A DNA stretch of 64,000 nt, from the NCBI GenBank assembly GCA_964466315.1, contig CAYXNS010000008.1:2400-66399 (forward strand), in the 5' to 3' direction. Made by a program: the position numbers and the translations under genes. Below, one piece after another: positions 25,130-35,110 of this stretch. The DNA is from an uncultured Gammaproteobacteria bacterium. GTDB lineage: Bacteria; Pseudomonadota; Gammaproteobacteria; Steroidobacterales; Rariloculaceae. The notes under the pieces were generated by a model, which did not search any database, was not told where the DNA came from, and was given only the letters and a program-made list of their open reading frames with translations. The first letter of the stretch is position 1; each line of letters starts with the position of its first letter.

Positions 25130-27076
25130 CTACTCCTCGGGGGGAATCATATGCACGGAGACTTTGTTCACCGTTATGGTGTTGGTCGACTCGTCGTAGG
25201 CGCCGTAAGCTGCGAGCGCTCGGGCACCATTGAAGCCGCTCAGGCGCAATGCTAGCTCGGCCGTGAAGTCTTCGAAGCTCTTGAACAGTTCCACGTGTCC
25301 CGGTTCGGAGATGCCGTACAGTGACCGGCGCGAGTCGGTCGGCGCGATCAGCGGCGACCCCGGGAGCTCGTAGAGGCTCACGACTTGGCGGCCCAGTTTG
25401 ATGTGGTGGCGCTCGCCGATCTCCGAGTTCTTTAGATCCAGGACCAGACCGTCTGGGCCCATGCTCAAGAAGGGCGCGGTTGTGCCACCTTCATCCCAGC
25501 CGATGCCGAGCGCCGACGGAATGCTGCGGTGGTCGACGACCGTGCGGCCCTCGAAGTCGGGTGGCGCGATGCCGAACGGCGTCACGAAGCCCATCACCTT
25601 GGCAGCTCTGTCGGTCACGATATTCGTCAGGGCCAGCGTGCTCGTAGCGATCTCGTACTCGTTGGGATCGGCGTCGAGCTCGGCGGTCAGGCCCGTGCCG
25701 GCAAAGTTGAAGTGATCGATGCCCAAGCGGTCGATACCGCGCAGGGTCATATTGAGCTGGCTGGGCATGACGCCTGTGACCGTGCCGTGCAGATGCGTCA
25801 CGAGTAGTCGAACTCTACCCTCGGTCGCATCCAGTTCCGGCGCGATACTCGGCGCATCGACGTCGACAGGTTCGGCGGCATCGACAGGCTCGACATCGAG
25901 CGCGACGAACTGTCCGAAAGCGGCGATTCGTTGGCCGACGGAGATTGCGTCCTCGGTCAGCAGTTGATCGCGATCGGCGATCTTGAAGACCATCGTGCCG
26001 GGGCCGACGTTGACGAGAATCGTGCGATGGAAGCGTGCGGCCCGATCCCGCCTCACGGCGAATGCCCCTTTGACGGTGAGCTGATCGCTGCTGCGCGCCA
26101 CGACGTTGCCGTAGACCGCATCGATGTCCTCACCACCTACGCTATTGCCGGCATGAACGATTTGAGCCGTGAACTCATACTCGGCCACGTTCACGATCCC
26201 GAACGCGACCACGACGGTTCGCTCTTCGAGAAGGGAAAGTGCTTCCAGGCCGGCCTGGCCCTCATACATTGCATCGCCGATCTCGTAGCTCGTCTCTGCC
26301 GTAGTATTCACGACGACTTCACCATGCTCGCCGTCCCGCTGATGTCTCGGCCGTACGGCGACGGTATAGGTACTGGCGTCGAGATCGACGTCGATAAGCG
26401 CGCCTCTAAGGCGCGTCTCTTTCTCGTCGACCGGCTCGACTTCGGTGACGATATACGGCTGGGCCGTCACGCGAATCGGTGCCACGCCCGTGTCCACGAC
26501 GTGCGATGCCGCGAGATCGAAATCGACACTCAGAAGCGCCACTCGACCGCGTGTTACGACGAGCCGGTTATCCTCGGCCAGCCGGACCTCGAGGTCCGTG
26601 ATGCCGAGCGGTTGACCGTCACTGTTGACGACATCGGCCTGGACCATCTCTCCGCCGGCTTCGACGAAGATCTCAGCGTTGCCGTAGTCCAAGCGAATCG
26701 TGCCGCCGCTGATATCGCCGGGCGCCAACGTCACGGCGCTCAGAACCTCCGATAGCTGGACCAGTTGCGCGAAATCCACGCGCGTCGTCGCCGGCAGGGC
26801 CTCCACCGTGGAGCCATCCGGCCGCTGCAGCGTCAGCGAGAGAATGTCCACGGAATAACTGATGAAATCTCCCTCAGCGTCCGTGACGCTGACGAGAACC
26901 GTGCCGCATTCGCCGGACGTGGCCGGGTCAGTTGGGTCACAGGTGGTGGCGCTCGTTCCCGTGGTGGCCAGCGGGGAGCCTGATCCTCCTCCGCAGCCAA
27001 CGATTGAGAGGGCAAGTGCCACAATCGGTACAGAGCGCAAAAGCGCTCGCAAGGGGCTTCCTAGCATCCAAAACAT
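25130..27076 (-). CDS. Large lipoprotein with an N-terminal DUF4382-like beta-sandwich domain
   Basis: Lipobox LSIVGCGG. TVLVSVTDAEGDFISYSVDILSLTLQRPDGS...VDFAQLV...LAPGDISGGTIRLDY resembles DUF4382. 648 aa. Confidence 0.6.
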   Translation of the reverse strand: MFWMLGSPLRALLRSVPIVALALSIVGCGGGSGSPLATTGTSATTCDPTDPATSGECGTVLVSVTDAEGDFISYSVDILSLTLQRPDGSTVEALPATTRVDFAQLVQLSEVLSAVTLAPGDISGGTIRLDYGNAEIFVEAGGEMVQADVVNSDGQPLGITDLEVRLAEDNRLVVTRGRVALLSVDFDLAASHVVDTGVAPIRVTAQPYIVTEVEPVDEKETRLRGALIDVDLDASTYTVAVRPRHQRDGEHGEVVVNTTAETSYEIGDAMYEGQAGLEALSLLEERTVVVAFGIVNVAEYEFTAQIVHAGNSVGGEDIDAVYGNVVARSSDQLTVKGAFAVRRDRAARFHRTILVNVGPGTMVFKIADRDQLLTEDAISVGQRIAAFGQFVALDVEPVDAAEPVDVDAPSIAPELDATEGRVRLLVTHLHGTVTGVMPSQLNMTLRGIDRLGIDHFNFAGTGLTAELDADPNEYEIATSTLALTNIVTDRAAKVMGFVTPFGIAPPDFEGRTVVDHRSIPSALGIGWDEGGTTAPFLSMGPDGLVLDLKNSEIGERHHIKLGRQVVSLYELPGSPLIAPTDSRRSLYGISEPGHVELFKSFEDFTAELALRLSGFNGARALAAYGAYDESTNTITVNKVSVHMIPPEE

Positions 27077-27268
27077 CGTTCTCTCCTTGAATCCGTCCTA
27101 GAAGGGCAAAACGCGCTGTGGCCCTGAATGTTGACGCTTGGCCTCAAACTCATGCCGTTATGTCGCCTGGTCGCAAAGTACGCTCAAGTATCGGAGAGGC
27201 AAAAAATAGGATTCCTCTTGTATTCTGACTAGTTACTGTCACAATTGAATGCGGTTTCAAGGTTGGAG

Positions 27269-27282
27269 CTGCAGATCTGCAG
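27269..27282. promoter_or_regulatory. Perfect 14-nt palindrome CTGCAGATCTGCAG immediately upstream of the GGDEF-EAL gene
   Basis: Self-complementary sequence ending 10 nt before the GTG at 27292 (61 nt before the alternative ATG at 27343). Confidence 0.3.
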
Positions 27283-27291
27283 TCCACACAG

Positions 27292-29964
27292 GTGGCTAGG
27301 GCGATAAGCGATACCTTCCGGGTGGCCGGCATACCGTCGAAGATGACGAGTCGCTCCCAACAGACCACCTCGGGTTTGCGCGCAGCGGGACTCGATCTCA
27401 TCGGGACCCAGATCGCTGTCGACTTTCAAAATTTCCGCATCGATAACCTCGCGGAGCGTATCCAGGACGGCCTGCAGGCCCTGACAGAGGCTACGGGCGC
27501 CGATGCGGTATTCGTTGCGTTGCTGGACGAATCTGGCAAGACGTTCGAAGAGGTTCATATGGGCCGCGCGACGTTCTCGGCCTGTAATCCCGAGGTGCTC
27601 AAGGATCGCGAGCTCTCGGACTTCCCATGGATCAAGAGGCATCTCGAGCATCTACGGCTGCTCGAAATCCGGGACACGGGCGAAGTATCGCCGGCGCAGC
27701 TCGCAGACGCTACGGAGCTCGGAAAACTCAATGTCGGGGCATTGACGGCGGTTGGCTTCGAGATTGCCAAGCGGCCAGCGGGTCTCCTGGGCGTCTTCAG
27801 CTCGACGCCGAACCCGGATTGGGGCGCCGATCTGCAGATTACACTGAAGCTCGTGGGTGTCAGCTGTGCGAGCGGGCTCGAGCGGCTTGGGCTCGAGGAA
27901 GATCTGCTCATGGTTAAGGAGCGTGATCAACTCATCACGAATACCTCGAATGACGGCCTATGGGACTACGACGTCCGCGGCAACTCCATGTATTTCTCCC
28001 CGCGCTGGCGCACGATGCTCGGCTACGTTCAGGATGAAGAGATTCCGGAGTGGCGCTTTCTAGTGCATCCGGACGATATAGCTCGTGTGCAGGCTCAGAT
28101 CCGCGAACATCTCGAAGGCCACACGGCTCTCTTCGAGAGCGTCCACCGCATGCGCCACGCGGATGGAGGCTGGCGCTGGGTCCAGAGCCGGGTTATGGGG
28201 CGCGTCGACGACCAGCACCGGCCACGGCGTCTCGTGGGTGTCGAGACCGATATCACCGAGCGCAAGCTTTACGAAGAGGCGCTGTTTCGCGAGAAGGAGA
28301 GCGCGCAGATTACGCTGCAGTCGATCGGCGACGGCGTCGTCACGACGGACGCGGATGCGCGGGTCCAGTATCTCAATCCCGTGGCCGAGGAACTCACGGG
28401 ATGGGAACTGGACGATGCCGTCACAATGCCCATCGACGAGATCTTCAGAGGATTTCACGAGGAGACCTGCGAGCCCGTCGAGAATTCCGTTTCCGTCTCC
28501 ATGCGCCGTAACTGCTCGATCAAGTCCGTACGGCCCACGCTGCTCATTCGGCGCGACGGAAACGAGCTCTATATCGAGAGCACGGCCGCGCCGATCCGCG
28601 ACGCCGGCGGTAGGGTCACGGGCGGTGTCCTCGTATTCCACGATGTCAGCGAAGCCCGGGAACTCAGCAACAAACTGAGTTTCCACGCCAGCCACGACAC
28701 GTTGACTCATCTCGTCAATCGACCGGAGTTCGAGAAGCGCCTCGAGCGTGCGCTGAAGAGCGCCAAAGCCGAGGAGGCCTCGTACGCGGTCCTCCATCTC
28801 GATCTCGATCAGTTCAAGATCGTCAACGACGCCTGTGGGCATTCCGCCGGCGACGAGATGTTGCGGCAGCTCAGCGCGCTCTTGAAGTCGAAGATACGCT
28901 GGCGCGATACGCTCGCTCGGCTCGGCGGAGACGAATTTGGCGTCCTGCTCGAGAGCTGCACGCTCGAAGAAGCGATGCGGACCGCCGAGACGTTGCGAGA
29001 GACCGTCAACGAATTCCGTTTCGTCTGGGACGACCGGACTTTCCGGCTCGGCGTGAGTGTCGGTGTCGTGCCGGTTATCGAGATCAACGAAGACGTCGCG
29101 GCGCTCGTCAGTGCCGCGGACAGCGCCTGCAGTGCGGCGAAGGAGGCCGGGAGAAATCGCGTCTATGCCTACGAGGAGACCGACATCGACCTCATGAAAC
29201 GGCGTAAGGAGATGCAATGGGCGGCCCGGATCACGAACGCGCTGGACGAGAATCGTTTCGAGCTCTTCCGGCAGACCATCGAGCCGTTGCAGCCGGGCAT
29301 GAACGAAGGTGCGCATTACGAGCTCTTGTTGCGGATGAAGGATGAGCGCGGAAACCTGATTTCGCCAGAACTCTTCATCGCGGCGGCGGAGCGTTACGGA
29401 ATTACTCCGAGTATCGATCGCTGGGTTATCGGTCAGGCATTTCGCTGGTTGGTCTCGGAGGCCGACGAGCGGGAGCGCTTGTCGTTGTGCTCGATCAACC
29501 TGTCGGGCCAGAGCCTGACGGACGAGAAATTCCTGCCGTTCGTTATTGATCAATTTCAGATGAGTGGACTGAATGCCAAGCAGATCTGCTTCGAGATCAC
29601 GGAAACGGCGGCGATCGCAAGCTACTCGCAGGCGAATCGATTCATCCATGCGCTCAAGGGGCTGGGTTGCATGTTCGCGCTCGACGACTTCGGCACCGGG
29701 TTGTCATCATTCGGCTATCTCAAACACTTCCCGGTGGATTTCCTGAAGATCGACGGCAGCTTCGTGAAGGAGATCCTGCACGATCCGATCGATCGCGAGA
29801 TGGTGCGCTCGATCAACGAGATCGGGCATCTCACGGGTAAGAAGACGATCGCGGAGTTCGCCGAGAACGCTGAGATCATCACGATGCTGCGCGGCATGGG
29901 CGTCGACTACGCGCAGGGCTACGGTGTCGAAGTCCCGAAGCCCATGCTCCAGGCTGTCGCCTGA
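27292..29964 (+). CDS. GAF-PAS-PAS-GGDEF-EAL c-di-GMP signalling protein
   Basis: 890 aa. PAS blocks (NDGLWDYDVRGNSMYFSPRW; SIGDGVVTTDADARVQYLNPVAEELTGW), A-site RLGGDEFGVLL, and EAL-domain residues YELLLRM, NLSG, EITETA, DDFGTG, KIDGSFV, QGY. Start uncertain (GTG 27292 or ATG 27343). Confidence 0.9.
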   Translation: MARAISDTFRVAGIPSKMTSRSQQTTSGLRAAGLDLIGTQIAVDFQNFRIDNLAERIQDGLQALTEATGADAVFVALLDESGKTFEEVHMGRATFSACNPEVLKDRELSDFPWIKRHLEHLRLLEIRDTGEVSPAQLADATELGKLNVGALTAVGFEIAKRPAGLLGVFSSTPNPDWGADLQITLKLVGVSCASGLERLGLEEDLLMVKERDQLITNTSNDGLWDYDVRGNSMYFSPRWRTMLGYVQDEEIPEWRFLVHPDDIARVQAQIREHLEGHTALFESVHRMRHADGGWRWVQSRVMGRVDDQHRPRRLVGVETDITERKLYEEALFREKESAQITLQSIGDGVVTTDADARVQYLNPVAEELTGWELDDAVTMPIDEIFRGFHEETCEPVENSVSVSMRRNCSIKSVRPTLLIRRDGNELYIESTAAPIRDAGGRVTGGVLVFHDVSEARELSNKLSFHASHDTLTHLVNRPEFEKRLERALKSAKAEEASYAVLHLDLDQFKIVNDACGHSAGDEMLRQLSALLKSKIRWRDTLARLGGDEFGVLLESCTLEEAMRTAETLRETVNEFRFVWDDRTFRLGVSVGVVPVIEINEDVAALVSAADSACSAAKEAGRNRVYAYEETDIDLMKRRKEMQWAARITNALDENRFELFRQTIEPLQPGMNEGAHYELLLRMKDERGNLISPELFIAAAERYGITPSIDRWVIGQAFRWLVSEADERERLSLCSINLSGQSLTDEKFLPFVIDQFQMSGLNAKQICFEITETAAIASYSQANRFIHALKGLGCMFALDDFGTGLSSFGYLKHFPVDFLKIDGSFVKEILHDPIDREMVRSINEIGHLTGKKTIAEFAENAEIITMLRGMGVDYAQGYGVEVPKPMLQAVA

Positions 29965-29990
29965 CGGCAATCCGCGTCGTCGGTCATCGA

Positions 29991-30030
29991 GGGGAAAAAA
30001 GGGATCTGGCCCCATTTTCCCCCGGCCCCT
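29991..30030. terminator. Bidirectional hairpin/terminator, second copy of the GGAAAAGGG...CCCTTTTCC element
   Basis: GGGGAAAAAAGGGATCTGGCCCCATTTTCCCC, then CGGCCCCTATTTCTT, between the convergent GGDEF-EAL gene and nadC. Confidence 0.45.
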
Positions 30031-30035
30031 ATTTC

Positions 30036-30890
30036 TTAGAGGAAACGCATCGAGAAATCGACGGCCGTAACGTTCTTCGTCAGCGCCCCCACGGAGATGA
30101 AATCGATGCCCGTCCCCGCGAGCGTTCGCAGGCCTTCGAGCTCGATACTCCCCGATACCTCGAGGTCCAGTCTCTTGCCGCTGTGCGCATCGCGGGCTGC
30201 GACCGCCGCGCGCACCGACTCTAGCGAGAAGTTGTCGAGCAGGATTCTGTCGATGTCTGCATCCAGCGCCGCGCGGACCTGCTCCAGCGATTCGACTTCG
30301 ACTTCGATCAGCACGTCCGCAGCCTGCTCACGTGCCGATCCCGCGGCTGCCTCGATACCACCGGCCGCGGCGATGTGATTCTCCTTGATGAGCACGGCGT
30401 CGTAGAGTCCTAGACGATGGTTGTTGCCGCCACCGCAAAGGACGGCGTACTTCTGGGCCAGGCGCAGTCCCGGGAGGGTCTTGCGCGTATCAAGTATTCG
30501 CGTCCGGGTGCCGGCGACGGCGGCGACGTGGTCGCGGGTGACGGTCGCCGTACCGGACAGTGTTTGCAAGAAGTTCAGCGCGGTGCGCTCGCCCGTCAAG
30601 ATCGGTCGTGCCGGACCGGCAATCTCGCATACGACCTGCGTCGGCTGGATCTCTGCGCTGTCCGCGTAATGCCACGATATCGCGATGCGCTCGTCGAGTT
30701 GGCGAAAGACCTCGTCGAACCAGGCACGGCCGCTCAGGATGGCTTTCTTGCCGGCCGTGACTTGAGCCTTCGCGGTCGCATCCGTGCCGATTAACCCGGC
30801 GGTCAGATCGCCGTCCCCCCGATCCTCGCCCAGAGCCCGGTTCACGGAATCGGTGATATCGGGCGGCAGCGGAATCGATTGCTCAGCCAT
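30036..30890 (-). CDS. nadC: Nicotinate-nucleotide diphosphorylase (carboxylating), quinolinate phosphoribosyltransferase
   Basis: Trimmed to MAEQSIPLPPDI. NadC pattern ALGEDRGDGDLTAGLI, GERTALNFLQTLSG, DTRKTLPGLR, GGGNNHRLGLYD, LDNF. Confidence 0.9.
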   Translation of the reverse strand: MAEQSIPLPPDITDSVNRALGEDRGDGDLTAGLIGTDATAKAQVTAGKKAILSGRAWFDEVFRQLDERIAISWHYADSAEIQPTQVVCEIAGPARPILTGERTALNFLQTLSGTATVTRDHVAAVAGTRTRILDTRKTLPGLRLAQKYAVLCGGGNNHRLGLYDAVLIKENHIAAAGGIEAAAGSAREQAADVLIEVEVESLEQVRAALDADIDRILLDNFSLESVRAAVAARDAHSGKRLDLEVSGSIELEGLRTLAGTGIDFISVGALTKNVTAVDFSMRFL

Positions 30891-30965
30891 ACTCGTTATC
30901 GTAGTCCACACAGAAAGACCCGGAAAGGCCGGTGCCTATCCGGGCCCTATCAGCGGTCGGTAGCG

Positions 30966-31550
30966 TTAAACGATAAATCCGCCGTGACCGAAGCCGACCA
31001 TGCTCATGAGCATGGGGATGGACAACAGCGTATTCGTTCGCGATGCGACGAAAGCAACTTTTCGTGCCTTCACGATTTCCTCGGCGGAAGCTTCTACGAA
31101 CCCGAGTATCTTCTTCTGGTTCGGCCAAATGAGGACCCAGACATTGAATAACATGATCGTGCCGAGCCAGGCGCCGACACCGATCGTGAAGCCGGCTTCA
31201 TTCAGCATGAACGCATCGTCGAGTATGCCGCGGCGCAGGAGATAGATAGCGCCGGAAAGCCAGGTAGCGACGGCGCCCCAACGGAACCACCACAACGCGC
31301 GCGGCGCGACGTATTTCGTGATTCCCGCCCCTCCGGGCCCACCCTCGTCCGCTGCGGCCGCGGCCAGAGCCGGAACCTGTACAAAGTTGAAGTAGTATAA
31401 AAGTCCTATCCACGTGACGCCTGCCATGACGTGGATCCAGACCAGTACGCTGGCCTCGTTTGGCGAGATACCCATGGTCACTAGTCCGAGCAGGACGGCG
31501 AGTAAGATGCCCCCGATGATCGTGCCATTCACCGAATTCAATGGGTTCAT
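30966..31550 (-). CDS. Polytopic membrane protein (urate-hydroxylase N-terminal-domain-like, function unknown)
   Basis: 194 aa with 4-5 TM segments. HVMAGVTWIGLLYYFNFVQVP resembles the heme-binding membrane domain family as I recall it. Confidence 0.5.
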   Translation of the reverse strand: MNPLNSVNGTIIGGILLAVLLGLVTMGISPNEASVLVWIHVMAGVTWIGLLYYFNFVQVPALAAAAADEGGPGGAGITKYVAPRALWWFRWGAVATWLSGAIYLLRRGILDDAFMLNEAGFTIGVGAWLGTIMLFNVWVLIWPNQKKILGFVEASAEEIVKARKVAFVASRTNTLLSIPMLMSMVGFGHGGFIV

Positions 31551-31742
31551 TAGAGTTCCTCCGCGTGGGTTTAGTCTTAGGGTTATCCGCAGGCCGATCG
31601 GGCGACTTGCCCTAGCCGGGGATCTTTAGAAGAATAGGGGAGGCATAGTCATTAATCAATTATTCCTGTTTCGGCACCGTCATCGCTTGCAAGATGCGTG
31701 CGCGCGCGGGACGGGTCTGTCAAGATCGGAGGTCGTATTGAA

Positions 31743-32087
31743 ATGGATGTCAACGAGCGAATTCAGAAACAGCTCGATAGCTATCCTGTGCTCCTGTACA
31801 TGAAGGGCACACCGGACTTCCCGCAATGCGGTTTCTCGGCTCAGACCGTCGCGGCACTCCGGGCTGTCGGTGCGGAGTTCGCCTACGTCAATATCTTTGA
31901 AGACCCGGAAGTTCGCGAAGCGCTCAAGGTGTTTTCCAACTGGCCGACGTTCCCGCAGTTGTATGTCGGCGGTGAGTTAATCGGCGGCTGCGATATCGCG
32001 CTGGAGTTGCACGAGTCCGGCGAGTTGAAAGAAATCGTGGCGACGGATCCGATGCCTCCAGCCGACGCCGCCGAGGCGACCGATTAA
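31743..32087 (+). CDS. grxD: Monothiol glutaredoxin (Grx4 family)
   Basis: Trimmed to MDVNERIQKQL. VLLYMKGTPDFPQCGFSAQ (CGFS active site), WPTFPQLYVGGELIGGCDI. Confidence 0.92.
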   Translation: MDVNERIQKQLDSYPVLLYMKGTPDFPQCGFSAQTVAALRAVGAEFAYVNIFEDPEVREALKVFSNWPTFPQLYVGGELIGGCDIALELHESGELKEIVATDPMPPADAAEATD

Positions 32088-32737
32088 GCCTGACTCTCGT
32101 ACACGCCGCGAAATCGATTGACGATCTCGCAGAATAGCATCGCGGTCATCTCCGCATCATAGGCCGCCGAGTGCGCTTTGTTCTCATCCCAGGTCAACCC
32201 GGCTGCGGCAACAGCGCGCCCCAATACCGTCTGGCCGAACGCGACACCCCCAAGCGTTGCCGTGTCGAAACTCGAGAACGGATGGAATGGGTTGCGCTTG
32301 ATATTGGTCCGTTCCGTCGCTGCATTGAGAAACTGTAAATCGAAAAAGGAATTGTGCCCGACGAGAATCGCGCGGTTGCAGGATTGCGCTTTGACTTCCC
32401 GTCGCACGGCCTGAAAGATCAGGCGCAGCGCCTCGCCTTCGTCGATGGCAGGCCGTAGCGGGTGAAATGGATCGATTCCCGTCACTTCCAGCGAGGCCGG
32501 TTCGATTCCGGCTCCCGGAAAGGGCTTCACATGATAGCGAATCGGTTCTTCTGGTCGTAGGTTGCCGCTCTCATCGAGTTTCAACAGGACGGCGGCGATC
32601 TCCAATAACGCGTCGGTCGCGGGATTGAAGCCGCCCGTTTCGACATCGACAACAATGGGTAAGAAGCCACGAAACCGCGCCGCGATTTGCGATACCGGTT
32701 GATCACCTGTGACTTGAGACGGTGTTGCGTGAGTCAT
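32084..32737 (-). CDS. rnt: Ribonuclease T
   Basis: DEDDh exonuclease motifs VVDVETGG, VGHNSFFDLQFL, HSAAYDAE. RFRGFLPIVVDVETGGFN is typical of RNase T. Confidence 0.9.
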   Translation of the reverse strand: MTHATPSQVTGDQPVSQIAARFRGFLPIVVDVETGGFNPATDALLEIAAVLLKLDESGNLRPEEPIRYHVKPFPGAGIEPASLEVTGIDPFHPLRPAIDEGEALRLIFQAVRREVKAQSCNRAILVGHNSFFDLQFLNAATERTNIKRNPFHPFSSFDTATLGGVAFGQTVLGRAVAAAGLTWDENKAHSAAYDAEMTAMLFCEIVNRFRGVYESQA

Positions 32738-34239
32738 TGTGATAGTTTTTTCGCGAGATCGATCGGATCGTGCTCGCGTAACAATTCGAGCGTTAGTTTT
32801 ACGCCGAAGCCGGTAATTTCGGATCGGACGTGCGCTAAACCGCCTTTATGTTGACCGGCGCTCAGATCCACGTGTATCCACGGAATCTCATTCGGGACGA
32901 ACCGTGACAGAAAGCGAGCGGCGAGAATGTGGTCGCCATATGCCGATGGCGCGCACTGTTTCACGTCGGCGATGTCGCTACGCAACGGCTCGTCGAAGTC
33001 CGCATCCATCGGAAACGGCCAGACGCGCTCACCACTAGTGACACCCGCCTGACGCAGAAGCGGATTTGCTGCCGCACGATTACTGAAGACGCCGGAGTAG
33101 TTCTCGGTGAGCGCAGCTACACAGGATCCGGTCAGTGTGGCGTAGTCGATAATCAGCCCAGGCTGTTCCCTGGCAGCCAATGCGAGTGTATCGGCAAGTA
33201 CCATCCGGCCTTCGGCATCGGTGTGAATGACTTGAATAGTCGTCCCATTCGATGCGCGGACGATGTCCTGGGATTTGTACGCAACCGATGAGATACGGTT
33301 CTCGGTGACGGCCATCCAGGCGTCGATTGCAAACGGCGCCTGTAGCGAAGCAAGTCCAATGATCGTTCCAAGCGCTACCGCACTGCCCTGCATGTCCGTA
33401 TGCATGTCGAGCATGCTCTTGAACGGCTTGAGATTCGTGCCGCCCGTATCAAATAGTACGCCTTTCCCGACAAGGGCAACATCGGGGGATTTGCGGCGCT
33501 TCGGTCGATAGCGAAGATGGATAATGCCGGCATCCTGACCCGGATTTCCCTGAGAAACGGCCAGGAAAGCGCCCGCGCCGAGTTTCTCGAGTTCAGCCTC
33601 ATTCAAGAAGTTATAGGCGATGCCGTTATCTTTGGCCAGACTCCGGACCGCGTCACGGTACGTTCGCGCGTCGAGCTTGTTCGGCGGTAATGCGGTAAAC
33701 CAGCGTGCGATATCGTTGCCGAGCGCTTGGGCGTGAATCGTGCGCAGATCTACTCGCTGCTTGCAGTCCAAGAGTGTCAGATTCGAGATCTGTCTATGCT
33801 TGTTTTGCGACGACTTAAACGAAGGCAGCTTGAACGCGGCTGCTTCAACCGCTGCAACGAGGCTCGTCAATGCGGCGGTCCGCGCTTCCTCGTCGAGTCC
33901 AATCGAGAAGACGCCGATACGTCCCGGCTTGTCACGCTGACAGTTGGTGACGATCTGCCTCGCCCATGAGAGTTGATCGAAGGATGTCGTTGCCGTAAAC
34001 GCTGCGATCGTTATGCCCGTCGCATTGCGGTTAGTCAATCGGGAGCCAGCACTTTCGCCACCGGCCCGGGAGAGTAGCTTTCGGAGCTGAGCGCCCTGCG
34101 GAATCCGCTGCAGGAGCTTGCCAGTCGGCTTCGCCGGCACGACGACGATGACGTGATCGAACGATTCGAACGTTCGCCGCGTCGGTTGCCGTGGCGATTG
34201 GGACACCTTAAGTCGACGGAGATCGGGTAATTCACTCAT
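32734..34239 (-). CDS. M17 family leucyl aminopeptidase-like protein
   Basis: Trimmed to MSELPDLRRL. VGKGVLFDTGGTNLKP, MHTDMQGSA, HTDAEGRMVLAD (variant of the NTDAEGRL signature). Confidence 0.85.
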   Translation of the reverse strand: MSELPDLRRLKVSQSPRQPTRRTFESFDHVIVVVPAKPTGKLLQRIPQGAQLRKLLSRAGGESAGSRLTNRNATGITIAAFTATTSFDQLSWARQIVTNCQRDKPGRIGVFSIGLDEEARTAALTSLVAAVEAAAFKLPSFKSSQNKHRQISNLTLLDCKQRVDLRTIHAQALGNDIARWFTALPPNKLDARTYRDAVRSLAKDNGIAYNFLNEAELEKLGAGAFLAVSQGNPGQDAGIIHLRYRPKRRKSPDVALVGKGVLFDTGGTNLKPFKSMLDMHTDMQGSAVALGTIIGLASLQAPFAIDAWMAVTENRISSVAYKSQDIVRASNGTTIQVIHTDAEGRMVLADTLALAAREQPGLIIDYATLTGSCVAALTENYSGVFSNRAAANPLLRQAGVTSGERVWPFPMDADFDEPLRSDIADVKQCAPSAYGDHILAARFLSRFVPNEIPWIHVDLSAGQHKGGLAHVRSEITGFGVKLTLELLREHDPIDLAKKLSQ

Positions 34240-34474
34240 GCGCCTATCTCGACCAGCTATGGGTAAACCCGATCGTATCGCGGCTGGGGGCGCGGGCTTG
34301 TCGGTGCGCTGAAGCGCAGGCGACGATCCTATCAGGAGCACCTTCTGAATTCACCACCGTCCGCTATTATCCCGTTGCATCCGTGACGATGGGCGCAGTG
34401 ACGGCCTCGTCGCGATACGCCTTGCCGCAAACGGCGGTGAGAGCGGGCGTCCTATCGCGGCCAGGCGGCCAGTC

Positions 34475-35110
34475 CTACTGTGGTGTCTTGCGTTTGTATT
34501 CACAGAGGTCCGCGATGACGCACGCTGGGCAATCCGGCTTGCGGGCCTTGCAGACATAGCGACCGTGAAGAATCAGCCAATGGTGCGCGTCGTGCTTTAA
34601 CTCCGCCGGTGTGAATTTCTCGAGCTTTTTCTCCACCTCCAGCACATTCTTGCCGGGAGAAAGTCGCGTTCTGTTGGAGACACGAAAGATGTGGGTGTCT
34701 ACGGCGATCGTCGGTTCGCCGAAGGCCGTATTCAAGATTACGCTGGCTGTCTTCCGGCCGACGCCCGGAAGTGCCTCCAGGGATGCTCTGTCGCGCGGTA
34801 CCTCGCCGCCATGCTGTTCCAGCAGGATTTTACAGGCACGAATAATATTCTTCGCCTTGGTATTGAATAGGCCGATCGTCCGTATGTAGGGCTTCAGGCT
34901 CTCCTCACCGAGCGCGAGGATTGCCGTGGGCGTGTTGGCGACCGTGAATAACACTGTCGTCGCTTTGTTGACGCTAATATCTGTTGCTTGTGCCGACAGC
35001 ACGACCGAAACCAGGAGTTCGAACGGCGAGCGGTATTCGAGTTCCGTGGTCGGCTTGGGGTTCGCAGCGGCCAGGCGCTCGTAGATCTGTCTGCGTCTCT
35101 CTGCGTTCAC
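34475..35110 (-). CDS. nth: Endonuclease III
   Basis: HhH-GPD fold LEALPGVGRKTASVILN, catalytic region, and C-terminal 4Fe-4S loop CKARKPDCPACVIADLC. GTG start overlaps the rnfE stop (GTGA). Confidence 0.92.
   Translation of the reverse strand: MNAERRRQIYERLAAANPKPTTELEYRSPFELLVSVVLSAQATDISVNKATTVLFTVANTPTAILALGEESLKPYIRTIGLFNTKAKNIIRACKILLEQHGGEVPRDRASLEALPGVGRKTASVILNTAFGEPTIAVDTHIFRVSNRTRLSPGKNVLEVEKKLEKFTPAELKHDAHHWLILHGRYVCKARKPDCPACVIADLCEYKRKTPQ

Noticed and set aside
28060-29649. 529-aa ORF on the minus strand, the longest unassigned ORF in the track
   Set aside because: It lies entirely antisense to the well-supported GAF-PAS-GGDEF-EAL gene and is Arg/Leu/Asp-rich with no recognisable motifs. 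This is the typical shadow ORF of a GC-rich coding region.
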